64,000 bases of DNA from contig CP145883.1 of NCBI GenBank assembly GCA_045689995.1, positions 480,750-544,749 of the forward strand, written 5' to 3'. The stretch comes from Candidatus Dasytiphilus stammeri (lineage in GTDB: Bacteria; Pseudomonadota; Gammaproteobacteria; Enterobacterales; Enterobacteriaceae). How positions within the stretch are numbered: position 1 is the stretch's first letter; every line of letters begins with the position of its first letter. Of this stretch, positions 54,702 to 64,000 are shown piece by piece. A program made the translations under genes and the position numbers. The notes beneath the pieces were generated by a model, which was given only the letters and a program-made list of their open reading frames with translations, ran no database searches and was not told the DNA's origin.

Positions 54702-57700
54702 CTATGAAACGATTTTATCTAAAGCTTGAATGCACGCTATATTAGGTTTTACTTTGAAAATTCCGGTATGATCTTGTATATTTTTTACTGCAGATATCCC
54801 CCGCAAGAAAATATAATAGATTCCTCCAAAATTAAGATTATAATCGTAATGATCTAAACGCTGACGTAAATAACGATATAATGCTAAACTATATAAATGA
54901 TATTGTAAATCATAACGATTTGATATCATGAAGTTTGCCATTGCTTCATGAGTATATGAAGAAGTCTTCCCACCAAGCAAATTAGTTTGATAATTAATAA
55001 TATAATATTTTCCTTTCCATAATAAAACTAAGTCAATGCAACCACTAATCATTTCTTTAATATAATTAAAATTATGATAAGAAGCCCGGGCAGATAATGG
55101 ATCATAAAATCTGATTAAATTATCTAACTTCTGAATAGTTAAATATTGATTAATTGGTAGTAAAAATTTTAATTCTACTAATCGATGATTTTTACTAAGT
55201 TTATTTAAGCTTAGATTATTATCATCTAATAAGGTGTGTAAAATTTCTTCAAGCCAATTCTGAATTACCGGTATCCAATCTCTAGTAAATCCATATTTAT
55301 CAATTTGCTCATTTATAATAAACTGTGGTTTTGTGGGTTGATTAAAGTTAATAACTTTTAATAAATGATTAAAAAAGTTTTCGGTAATTTTTCCACCTGG
55401 AAAAGTATGACGCGATAGTAATTCATCTTTTGAATCAACATTATTATTACCTTTCATTAGCCTATGAAAATCCAGATATGGAAATTTCATAAACCTTGAA
55501 TGATACCAATAATTAGAGTATCTTTGTAGTAATTTATCATTAGTCTTATAGGATAAGCAAACTTTGGGTTGTCGATTAATTGATACTGTGATTCTACGAC
55601 AATTCTTAGTTAAGGGGATCATAGAAGAAGTATTATTATAAACTGGTATAATCTCAATTGCTTCATTTTGCATTTGATTTAAAATTATCTCTAATTCTTT
55701 GGCATTATTTTCTTTTCCTTTTTGTAATAAGTAACCTAAGGCACTAAGATGTAATTCACTATTACCTTTTTTATTGCCATGACCTTTGATTAAAGGTGCA
55801 ATACCTATGTTACAGTGCCAAATAGCTCTTGTTAATGCAACATAAAGTAATCGTAAATCTTCAGACAGACGTTCTTCATCTGCTAACTTTTGGCTTTCTT
55901 CATCATGATGTAAATCTAAAATTTTTAGAAAAGTTTTTCGATCATGGTAGATACTGTGAGTTGCCTTTCTAAAATTTATTAGAAATGGAAGCCATACTAT
56001 TGGATACTCTAATCCTTTCGCTTTATGAATAGATAGTATTTGTACAACATTTCTATCTTCTTCTAGAGGAACTGGATGACTTTTTTTTTGATGAAAAGAT
56101 TGAGCAATCTGATCTTCTAACCAACGTACTAATGCATATTCACTATTTAATTTAAAAGATGCCTCTTGTAAAAGGTCACTAAGATGCGAGATATAAATTA
56201 GTCTTTGTTTTCCATTATCAGATAATAATATATTTTCAGTAATATGATTTGCCATTACTTGCCGAAGTACAGTTAATACCCCATATTTAGACCAAATTTT
56301 TTTATATTGAAAAAATTCCTTTGCAAAGCAATCTAAAGAGTAGTTATTATTGATAATATTTTCTAAAATCTGATGCTCTAATCCAAAAATACTAGTAGCT
56401 AAGGCACTGCGTAAAAGAGTTAAGGATTTTGGGTTTAATATCGCTTTTAATAATAATAAAATATCATGTGCTTCTGTTGTATTATAAATACTTGGTTGAT
56501 TGGAAAGATAAACTGAATTAATATTTAAAGTATTTAGAGTATTCCGCATGATCATGGCTTCATTTCTATTACGCACTAATATCACAATATCTTCAGTTTT
56601 TAGTTGACGTGTAATCTTACTATTAATTAAGAAGGCGGATTCATTTTTTACAGCAATAATCAATCTTTTAATATCTTTAGCACATTGAATCGCCATAATT
56701 TTATAATATTCACTGGTATCGACACATTGTGCGGAATATAAAAAAAATCGCAATGCTTTTTGCGGTTTATCATGAATAGTAAAACTAAATGCTTTTTCTG
56801 AAGGAGCAGGTTTCACTGGTAAAAAAGGAATTTCAGCAAATAAAAAGGGATATTTAATTGTAGAAAAAATTTTATTTACACTTGATATCAGATTAGGCGA
56901 AGATCTCCAATTAATATTTAATGTATAATGTCTAACTATGTTAGCTCTAACTGACATATAATTAAAAATATCCGCACCACGAAAAGAATAAATCGCCTGT
57001 TTTGGATCACCAATTAATAATAGTGCTGTTTCTTCAGAATGTTTCAGGTATATCTTTTTAAAGATGCTATATTGTTTTGAATCGGTATCTTGAAATTCAT
57101 CAATTAATGTTACTGGATAACGAGAACGTATTTCATGAGATAATACTAATCCAGAAGATTCCCGCAATATTTTTTCAAGAGAGTTTAACAAATCATCAAA
57201 ACCTAATATACAATGTAATTGCTTTTCATCAATGATAGCCTTAGTACTTTCCTGTAGAGCACGTACAATTACCCATTCTCTTAATAAGATGGATGGGGGA
57301 TTAGAAAGAAAATTTTCAATATCTTTAAAAATAGGATGATGTGGTAATTCTCCCGAATTAGTTTTTTGTAAGATTTTTGGTTTACTAAAATACTGAAGAT
57401 CTTTAGGAAAAATATAACTTTCTGTATTCTCTTGAGCCCACCTGGAAATATTTTTTATCCATATAGATAACCTATGAATATTATAAGTACGTCTCTCAAT
57501 ATTAGAATTAATTATTAATGTAGATAAATCAGAAACCGATAATAACCATTTTTCTTTTAATAAACAAATCTGATGAATAATTTTTTGATGTTGTTCTTGT
57601 AAAGTGAGATTAGCAACTAGTGGATATTTTAATACTGGTTTATCACCTTGTAGTAAAGGTAATAAAGTTTTTAATAGGGCATCAGGACCTGACCATTCAT

Positions 57701-58271
57701 TTAAAATTTCACGAGCAATATTGATTGGTAGTGGAGATAAATAATGCTGCCAAAAATCGCCAATCATACGTTTCCAAAGTTGGAAATCATCTTCAATGAA
57801 CTTTGGTTCAAATAATATTTGAGATTCCATAGCATTTAAATATAACATTCTCTGACAAAAACTATGGATAGTAAAAATAGCTGCTGATTCCATATGCAGT
57901 TCAGCGTTTAATAAGATTGCACTAGCTTTAACTAAATCCTGAATGTAAACTAGTAATTGATTAATTTGATTATTTTTACTGATTCCAAGTACACATGCCA
58001 TCCTGAGTTCATAAATATCCGAACGAATTCTTCTACGTAATTCCGCAGTAGCAGCTTCAGTAAAAGTTACTACCAAAATCTCCTCGACCGAAAGTGCTCT
58101 ATTTTTTTTACGATCACAACGTAATCCAAGTAACAAACGTAAATAAAGTATACTAATAGTTGATGTTTTACCAGTTCCCGCAGATGCCTCAATCAATACT
58201 TCTCCATATAAAGGTAATGTTAAAGGGTTAAGTGATTGTGGCTTCAAATGAATCTTACTGAGAGATCTCAC
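54702..58271 (-). CDS. recB: RecBCD helicase/nuclease subunit RecB (nuclease motif altered, see findings)
   Basis: 1189 aa with SF1 motifs ASAGTGKT, DEFQDTD, GDPKQAIYSFRGA, NWRS, HKAKGLEYP and YVALTRA. A C-terminal RecB-family nuclease domain is recognisable (GCIDLV..., RYDLQYHLY). GVG start per the ORF track is GTG. Confidence 0.92.
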   Translation of the reverse strand: MRSLSKIHLKPQSLNPLTLPLYGEVLIEASAGTGKTSTISILYLRLLLGLRCDRKKNRALSVEEILVVTFTEAATAELRRRIRSDIYELRMACVLGISKNNQINQLLVYIQDLVKASAILLNAELHMESAAIFTIHSFCQRMLYLNAMESQILFEPKFIEDDFQLWKRMIGDFWQHYLSPLPINIAREILNEWSGPDALLKTLLPLLQGDKPVLKYPLVANLTLQEQHQKIIHQICLLKEKWLLSVSDLSTLIINSNIERRTYNIHRLSIWIKNISRWAQENTESYIFPKDLQYFSKPKILQKTNSGELPHHPIFKDIENFLSNPPSILLREWVIVRALQESTKAIIDEKQLHCILGFDDLLNSLEKILRESSGLVLSHEIRSRYPVTLIDEFQDTDSKQYSIFKKIYLKHSEETALLLIGDPKQAIYSFRGADIFNYMSVRANIVRHYTLNINWRSSPNLISSVNKIFSTIKYPFLFAEIPFLPVKPAPSEKAFSFTIHDKPQKALRFFLYSAQCVDTSEYYKIMAIQCAKDIKRLIIAVKNESAFLINSKITRQLKTEDIVILVRNRNEAMIMRNTLNTLNINSVYLSNQPSIYNTTEAHDILLLLKAILNPKSLTLLRSALATSIFGLEHQILENIINNNYSLDCFAKEFFQYKKIWSKYGVLTVLRQVMANHITENILLSDNGKQRLIYISHLSDLLQEASFKLNSEYALVRWLEDQIAQSFHQKKSHPVPLEEDRNVVQILSIHKAKGLEYPIVWLPFLINFRKATHSIYHDRKTFLKILDLHHDEESQKLADEERLSEDLRLLYVALTRAIWHCNIGIAPLIKGHGNKKGNSELHLSALGYLLQKGKENNAKELEIILNQMQNEAIEIIPVYNNTSSMIPLTKNCRRITVSINRQPKVCLSYKTNDKLLQRYSNYWYHSRFMKFPYLDFHRLMKGNNNVDSKDELLSRHTFPGGKITENFFNHLLKVINFNQPTKPQFIINEQIDKYGFTRDWIPVIQNWLEEILHTLLDDNNLSLNKLSKNHRLVELKFLLPINQYLTIQKLDNLIRFYDPLSARASYHNFNYIKEMISGCIDLVLLWKGKYYIINYQTNLLGGKTSSYTHEAMANFMISNRYDLQYHLYSLALYRYLRQRLDHYDYNLNFGGIYYIFLRGISAVKNIQDHTGIFKVKPNIACIQALDKIVS

Positions 58272-58422
58272 GATTTTAATCCTAGTTTACTATTTTTTAA
58301 TATAACTTTAAATATTTAAGGTTATATTAATTTGCGATAATCATCAAACAACATTATTCTACTGCTAAATATAATGATTATTATATTAATTGATAAATAT
58401 TAATTATGAAAGGAGATTAACA

Positions 58423-59052
58423 ATGCCATATTACCTACCGAAATTACCTTATGATTATGATGCACTAGAGCCATATATTGATAAATCCACTATGGAAATT
58501 CATTATACTAAACATCATCAATCTTATATTAATAATGCTAATGCTGTACTAGAATATTTACCAGAATATGCTAAGTTATCTATAGAAAAATTAATCATGC
58601 AATTACAATATCTTCCTAATAAAAATCAGCAAACCACATTGCGTAATAATGCTGGAGGACATTTAAATCATAGTATTTTCTGGAAAGGTCTACAAAAAAA
58701 TACTGTTATTGAAGGAGAATTAAAAACCGCTATAGAATTGAATTTTGGTACCTTCAAAAAATTTCAAGAAAATTTTGAAAAATCCGCCATGGATTGTTTT
58801 GGATCAGGTTGGATATGGTTAGTTCTAAAGTTAAATAATCAACTTAGTATCATTTCAACAGCTAATCAGGATAATCCTTTGATGGGTGTTAACCTTATAG
58901 GTATCTATGGTTATCCAATTATCGGATTAGATATATGGGAACATGCTTATTATTTAAAATATCAGAATAGACGTTTAGATTATGTGCACGCTTTTTGGAA
59001 TATAGTAAATTGGAATGAAGCTTCACTACGTTATTTAAACCATAAGAAATAA
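58423..59052 (+). CDS. sodA: Superoxide dismutase (Mn type)
   Basis: The ATG at 58423 follows an AAAGGAG. MPYYLPKLPYDYDALEPYIDKSTMEIHYTKHH matches E. coli [32 protein letters not shown]. The metal ligand contexts are intact (GLDIWEHAYYL). Confidence 0.95.
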   Translation: MPYYLPKLPYDYDALEPYIDKSTMEIHYTKHHQSYINNANAVLEYLPEYAKLSIEKLIMQLQYLPNKNQQTTLRNNAGGHLNHSIFWKGLQKNTVIEGELKTAIELNFGTFKKFQENFEKSAMDCFGSGWIWLVLKLNNQLSIISTANQDNPLMGVNLIGIYGYPIIGLDIWEHAYYLKYQNRRLDYVHAFWNIVNWNEASLRYLNHKK

Positions 59053-59119
59053 TAAGATTGTAATTCTTTAAATTACCACTGTTGATATTGTTATTATCAT
59101 TTATGGATTGATAGTTTTA

Positions 59120-60112
59120 ATGAAAACCTTAAGAGAATTTATCGTTGAAAAAAAAACCTTCAATATTACAACCGGAGAATTAATGGCATTATTTTCTGCA
59201 ATTAAACAGAGTGTAGAAATGATACATCAATATCTTACTCAAACCTTTGGTATTGAGATGATAACAACTCAAAACATGATTACTAGAAATATTCATGGCG
59301 AGCAACAGATGAAATTAGACTTATTAGCCAATGAAAAGATAAAAATTGCGCTTCAAGCATATGATGTAATTGCTGGTTTTGCTTCAGAAGAGGATGATGA
59401 TATTGTAATTTTTGAAGGAAGAGAATCTGCTAAATATATAGTATTTGTCGATCCTTTAGATGGATCTTCCAATATCGATATTAATATTGCAGTTGGTACG
59501 ATTTTTTCTGTATATCGTCGTCTGACGCCAATAGGAAGCAAGGTAATTACAGAAGATTTTTTACAACCAGGAAATCAGCAAGTAGCTGCTGGATATATTT
59601 TGTATGGTTCTTCTACTCTTTTAGTTTTTACTGTAGGTTGTGGTGTACATGTTTTTACTTATGATAAATCTAAAGGAATTTTTTATTTAATTAAAGAACA
59701 AATCTCCTTTCCTAGTTATGGAAATATTTATTCAATTAATTTGGGAAATTATATTAATTTTAGTTTAGGTATTAAAAAATATCTTGAATTTTGTCAGGAA
59801 GAAGATCAACTAACTAGACGTCCTTATAGTTTGCGATATAGTGGTTCACTAGTAGCAGATTTTCATCGTAATTTACTTAAAGGGGGAATTTATCTCTATC
59901 CTAATACTTTAAATTATCCTCAAGGTAAACTTAGACTAATGTATGAATGTAATCCTATGGCTTTAATTGCCGAACAATCAGGCGGTAAAGCTAGTAATGG
60001 TACTCATCGTATTCTAGATCTTCATCCCATTAGAATTCATCAGAAATCTCCATTATTTATAGGAAATGATCATATGGTAAATGATGTAGAAAAGTATTTA
60101 CAAGAGGCTTAA
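59120..60112 (+). CDS. fbp: Fructose-1,6-bisphosphatase class 1
   Basis: The ATG at 59120 ([11 protein letters not shown]) aligns with E. coli [41 protein letters not shown] and [13 protein letters not shown] are present. Confidence 0.96.
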   Translation: MKTLREFIVEKKTFNITTGELMALFSAIKQSVEMIHQYLTQTFGIEMITTQNMITRNIHGEQQMKLDLLANEKIKIALQAYDVIAGFASEEDDDIVIFEGRESAKYIVFVDPLDGSSNIDINIAVGTIFSVYRRLTPIGSKVITEDFLQPGNQQVAAGYILYGSSTLLVFTVGCGVHVFTYDKSKGIFYLIKEQISFPSYGNIYSINLGNYINFSLGIKKYLEFCQEEDQLTRRPYSLRYSGSLVADFHRNLLKGGIYLYPNTLNYPQGKLRLMYECNPMALIAEQSGGKASNGTHRILDLHPIRIHQKSPLFIGNDHMVNDVEKYLQEA

Positions 60113-60125
60113 AGACAAGCTCATT

Positions 60126-61415
60126 TTATTGATTTATAGATAATAAAAATCTACGGAGTTTATCATAATCTGCCGGAATTTTATGTGAAAAATTAGTTAA
60201 ATTAGCACGTTCGGCTATAGCCTTGGGTAAGGGTACGGTTGTTTTTATAATAAGTTCAACACAATCTTGAAATTTGGCGGGATGTGCTGTACTTAAAAAT
60301 AATCCATATTCATTTTGATGCAAATTATTTTTTAAGGCGTTCCATGCAATTGCGGTATGAGGTTCTGAAAGATAGCCTAATTCGGCTAGATTACAGATAG
60401 CTTTTTTAATTGTGTCATCATCTACTACATAACTAGTTAAAGTATCCCAAGACCAATTTTTATATCTAAATAATGCTTCTATTCTTGGCCAGTTATTTGG
60501 CTTACTAATATCCATAGCTGTTGCAAGTGTGGTTACTGTGACATTTGGTAACCATTTTTTATCTTTTAAAAATCTCGCTACTGTATCATTTGAATTAGTT
60601 GCTGCAATAAATCTCTTAATATTTAATCCCATTGATTTAGCAAGTAGACCAGCTGTAAGATTACCAAAATTACCACTAGGTACAGCAATTACTAATTGTG
60701 ATCGTTGTTCAGGAAGTAATTGAGCTAATGCTTCAAAATAGTAGCAAATTTGTGCTATTAAACGACTAATATTAATAGAATTTGCCGAATTTAAGATCAT
60801 CTTTCTTTTTAGAAAGTCATCATTAAACGCGGTTTTTACTAATCTTTGACATGTGTCAAAATCACCTTCTACAGAAATGGTTTGAATATTCTTCCCCAAA
60901 GTACAAAACAGTTGTTCCTGTAACCTACTAAGTCTACCACATGGATAGAGTATCACTACCCGAACTTTTTTCATTTCGTAAAAGGCATGTGCAACTGCCG
61001 CTCCAGTATCTCCAGAAGTTGCTGTAAGGATAGTTATTGGTTCTTGATGGTGAAGATCTGCAAGAATTTTCGCCATAAAACGAACTCCAAAATCTTTAAA
61101 TGCTAAAGTAGGACCATAGAATAATTCTAAAACTGCTATATTATTAGTAATAGATTTTACAGGTACCGGGAAATTAAAAGCTGTTTTAACCCAGTGGTTA
61201 ATTTTACTTAGTGGAATTTCATTACCAATTAATTTATAAAGGATGATACTACTACGTGTTATAAAATCCATCTTTAATATAGTATTAATCTCTTTTAAGG
61301 TAAATTCCGGGATATTTTGGGGAAAATACAATCCTTGATCTCTACCTAAGCCATATTGTACTGCTTGATAAAAATTTACTTTTTCGTTATGAGATTTAAT
61401 ATTATATAATTTCAT
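60126..61415 (-). CDS. thrC: Threonine synthase
   Basis: The ATG at 61413-61415 (MKLYNIKSHNEKVNFYQAV) aligns with E. coli MKLYNLKDHNEQVSFAQAV. The PLP-Lys context GPTLAFKDFG is present. Confidence 0.96.
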   Translation of the reverse strand: MKLYNIKSHNEKVNFYQAVQYGLGRDQGLYFPQNIPEFTLKEINTILKMDFITRSSIILYKLIGNEIPLSKINHWVKTAFNFPVPVKSITNNIAVLELFYGPTLAFKDFGVRFMAKILADLHHQEPITILTATSGDTGAAVAHAFYEMKKVRVVILYPCGRLSRLQEQLFCTLGKNIQTISVEGDFDTCQRLVKTAFNDDFLKRKMILNSANSINISRLIAQICYYFEALAQLLPEQRSQLVIAVPSGNFGNLTAGLLAKSMGLNIKRFIAATNSNDTVARFLKDKKWLPNVTVTTLATAMDISKPNNWPRIEALFRYKNWSWDTLTSYVVDDDTIKKAICNLAELGYLSEPHTAIAWNALKNNLHQNEYGLFLSTAHPAKFQDCVELIIKTTVPLPKAIAERANLTNFSHKIPADYDKLRRFLLSINQ

Positions 61416-61426
61416 ATTTAAATATT

Positions 61427-62356
61427 TTATGATAAATAACGTGCACCTAATATATCTAAACGACAAATCTGAACGAAACCCTCTTTCGTCTTGAGATAAT
61501 GCTTAGTCAACCATTTTGCTAATTTATGAGCAATTTTAATATTATCACAAATCGCAAACATGGTTGGCCCAGAGCCAGAAATGCCACATACTAAAGCACC
61601 TAAGATTTTAGCCATTTCACGAGCTGCCTTAAATTCAGGTATTAATGGACTACGATATGGTTCAGCGATAACATCACGCATTAATTTAGCTGCTAAACCA
61701 GCTTGTTTAGTATAACATGCATGTATAAACCCCGCAAGATAACGTCCATGATTAATACAGGTTTCGCGACGATATTCTGTTGGAAGGATAGCTCTAGCTT
61801 CTGCTGTTGATAATTTAACTCCAGGCCATGCCATTACCCATAGCCACTCCGAAAAAAATGGAACTGACTGACTAATAATTTGATTTTCTTTTATAAGAAG
61901 TTGCATTCCACCAAGAAAACAAGGTGCAACATTATCATAATGTATGCTACCTGAAACAGAACCTTCTAAATCTGCCATTAAATGTAATAATTGAGTTTTG
62001 TTCAGTGGTCGGCCACAAAATTCATTAAGAGCTATCAAACTTGCTACAACTGAACAAGCACTCGAACCTAATCCAGAACTAATAGGCATATTTTTTTCTA
62101 GACGTAATATAAGAGGAACGGTTTTTCCAATAAGATTACAAAATTGATACCAACACCGATATACTACATTTTCCTTATTGGATGAAGGTAGTTCACTAGC
62201 AAAACGTCCTTCAATTTTCATTGAGAAATTTTCAGCTTCTTCAACTATCACACAATCTCCTAATAAGGAACCATCAATTGGAATAACTGCAGCTCCCAAT
62301 ATGTCAAAACCAACACTAACATTACCAATAGAAGCTGGAGCATATATTTTTATCAT
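61427..62356 (-). CDS. thrB: Homoserine kinase
   Basis: 309 aa with [18 protein letters not shown], the [17 protein letters not shown] motif and [15 protein letters not shown]. Confidence 0.96.
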   Translation of the reverse strand: MIKIYAPASIGNVSVGFDILGAAVIPIDGSLLGDCVIVEEAENFSMKIEGRFASELPSSNKENVVYRCWYQFCNLIGKTVPLILRLEKNMPISSGLGSSACSVVASLIALNEFCGRPLNKTQLLHLMADLEGSVSGSIHYDNVAPCFLGGMQLLIKENQIISQSVPFFSEWLWVMAWPGVKLSTAEARAILPTEYRRETCINHGRYLAGFIHACYTKQAGLAAKLMRDVIAEPYRSPLIPEFKAAREMAKILGALVCGISGSGPTMFAICDNIKIAHKLAKWLTKHYLKTKEGFVQICRLDILGARYLS

Positions 62357-62357
62357 T

Positions 62358-64000
62358 TTAGATCCCTCTGACTTGGGTTCCAGTTAAGATGCGTAATAAA
62401 TCGGCAAAGATTCCTGCGGCTGTAACATCATTTCCGGCACCATATCCCCGTAATACCATAGGAATAGGTTGATAGTAATGAGTATAAAATGCTAAGACAT
62501 TTTCACCATTTTTTACTTCATATAATGGATCATGGTTTGTCACGGCTCGAATTTTAACTGTACATAAGCCATGTTTATCGATCATTCCAACTAATCGCAA
62601 TACTTTCTGTTCACTGCGTGCTGTAGCAACGCGTCTAGTAAAATTATCATCTAGTTCCTTTAAGCGTTGCATAAATTCCTCAACTTTTTCAATCTTATAT
62701 AAGTTATCTGGTAGTATTTTTTCAACAATAATATCACTTAATTCAAGCTGATATCCTGCTTCTCTGGCTAAGATAAGTAATTTACGTGCTACATCTTTTC
62801 CAGATAGATCATCTCTAGGATCCGGTTCTGTCAACCCTATTTCTCTTGCAAGATAGGTTGCTTTAGAAAAAGTCATCCCTTCTTCTAATTTGCCAAAAAT
62901 GAAGGATAAAGAACCCGAAAGAATACCCGAAAAATGAATTAATTGATCTCCTGCATTTAGCAAATTTTGGAAATTTTCTATGACGGGTAAACCTGCACCA
63001 ACATTAGTATCATATAGAAATTTACGTTTAGATTTAATTGCTAATTTTCTTAAATATTGATAATAATTATAATCATAGGTATTAGCTTTTTTATTAGGTG
63101 TAACTATATGAAATCCATGATTAATAAACTTATCGTACTGTTTGGCAATCTCTTGACTAGAAGTACAGTCAACAATTACTGGATTAATAAGTGAATAATC
63201 ATTCAATAATGTTAATAAATTTTTAAAATTAAAGGATTCTCGAGATTCAAGTAAATGATGATACCAATTATTTAATGATATACCATCTAATTTAAACAGG
63301 GATTTTTTTGAATTAGCAATATAACATACTTTTAAATCAAAATTTTTAATTTTCAGCGATCCCTGCTGACGATGTAATTGATTAAGTAGTGCCTTCCCAA
63401 CACCACCAACTCCAATTAAAAAGATTTCAAGAATATTATCATCATTAAATAACATGTTATGTACTGCTTGTATGCCAATAATAGCATGTTGATTACTTAT
63501 AACTACAGAAATTGCACGTTCTGATGATCCTTGAGATATAGCAATAATATTAATATTAGCACGTGCTAATGCCAAAAAAATTCTGGCAGCAATTCCTCGA
63601 TTAGTACGCATTCCATCTCCAACTACAGTAATAATTGCTAGTTTTTGTATGACCTCAATTGGTTCTAGTAAACCATCTTTAAGTTCTAAACTAAATGCTT
63701 CTTCTAATGCACTTTGTGCTTGTGGTTGTTCATCTTGTGGTATACAGAAACTAATGCTATATTCAGATGAAGCTTGTGTAATTAGTACTACCGAGATCCC
63801 GGCCTGTGACATTACAGCGAATACTCTAGCTGCCATTCCGATCATACCTTTCATTCCAGGTCCACAGATATTAAACATAGCCATTTTATTAAGTTGAGTT
63901 ATTCCCTTTACTTGATCATTAATGCCCGAATTACTGATTATTGTCCCAATAGCATTAGGATTATTAGTATTTTTAATTCGGCAAGGAATTTGAAATTGAG
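62358..64000 (-). CDS. thrA: Bifunctional aspartokinase I / homoserine dehydrogenase I (partial, 5' end outside window)
   Basis: The reading frame stays open from the stop at 62358 to the window edge. Upstream of the first in-frame Met it reads [19 protein letters not shown]...[22 protein letters not shown], against E. coli QFQIPCLIKNTGNPQAPGT...VKGISNLNNMAMFSVSGPGMKG. ACT domains and a homoserine dehydrogenase domain are present. Confidence 0.95.
   Translation of the reverse strand, partial: QFQIPCRIKNTNNPNAIGTIISNSGINDQVKGITQLNKMAMFNICGPGMKGMIGMAARVFAVMSQAGISVVLITQASSEYSISFCIPQDEQPQAQSALEEAFSLELKDGLLEPIEVIQKLAIITVVGDGMRTNRGIAARIFLALARANINIIAISQGSSERAISVVISNQHAIIGIQAVHNMLFNDDNILEIFLIGVGGVGKALLNQLHRQQGSLKIKNFDLKVCYIANSKKSLFKLDGISLNNWYHHLLESRESFNFKNLLTLLNDYSLINPVIVDCTSSQEIAKQYDKFINHGFHIVTPNKKANTYDYNYYQYLRKLAIKSKRKFLYDTNVGAGLPVIENFQNLLNAGDQLIHFSGILSGSLSFIFGKLEEGMTFSKATYLAREIGLTEPDPRDDLSGKDVARKLLILAREAGYQLELSDIIVEKILPDNLYKIEKVEEFMQRLKELDDNFTRRVATARSEQKVLRLVGMIDKHGLCTVKIRAVTNHDPLYEVKNGENVLAFYTHYYQPIPMVLRGYGAGNDVTAAGIFADLLRILTGTQVRGI

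Noticed and set aside
58260-58272. My manual reading of the printed bases at the recB 5' end gave ...actggagagatctcac..., which would not give the MRSLSK N-terminus reported by the ORF track with a GTG start at 58269-58271.
   Set aside because: All codons from 58197 to 58259 and the downstream sodA coordinates agree with the track, so this is most likely my own one-base reading error. I defer to the computed ORF track and make no frameshift claim.
58331-58400. Fur-box-like sequences upstream of sodA: GATAATCATC at 58337-58346 and ATAATGATTATTAT around 58371-58384.
   Set aside because: E. coli sodA is Fur-repressed, so the idea is attractive. However, the matches (about 10/13 and 11/14 to GATAATGATAATCATTATC) are what nearly pure A/T spacer DNA yields by chance. 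It needs a PWM-versus-background test and evidence that fur exists.

Overview
This 64-kb window is visibly AT-rich and very gene-dense. It looks like part of a reduced gammaproteobacterial (Enterobacterales-type) genome, most plausibly an obligate insect endosymbiont; that is an inference from AT bias, Lys-rich protein tails, tiny spacers and E. coli-like micro-synteny with many genes missing. I did not compute GC content and cannot name the organism.

Every long non-shadow ORF matches a well-known E. coli housekeeping gene:
- Minus strand: the S10 and str ribosomal operons (rplP' to rpsJ, then tuf, fusA, rpsG, rpsL), followed by tusBCD and crp.
- A decayed aceF relic, then lpdA, speDE, hpt, yadGH, folK, dksA, mrcB, erpA and degP.
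- aspA, groES-groEL, glyQS, dapE, an AnsP-like permease and talA.
- znuA/znuCB, ruvBAC, yebC, aspS, cmoAB, argS and tRNA-Ser(GGA).
- putP/putA, fabI, rnb, fumC, recB, sodA, fbp and thrCBA'.

That gives 56 protein genes (two of them cut by the window edges), one tRNA and one clear pseudogene. I found no mobile elements, CRISPR arrays, phage or defence genes, orphan ORF clusters or long repeats, so I do not see a novel multi-gene system here and will not invent one.

The points worth a second look are residue-level and regulatory erosion inside otherwise intact genes:
1. RecB keeps all helicase motifs, but its nuclease D-Y-K triad reads N-Y-Q.
2. CRP keeps its DNA-recognition helix and AR1 but has lost key cAMP-contact residues (R82S, R123Q, S128Y).
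3. aceF survives only as a frameshifted catalytic-domain relic abutting an intact lpdA.
4. PutA keeps its N-terminal ribbon-helix-helix domain, yet the put spacer has no GTTGCA operator.
5. The groESL sigma32 promoter and leader hairpin stand out as a GC-rich conserved island.

Coordinates of starts were adjusted from the ORF track where homology to E. coli indicates an internal start.
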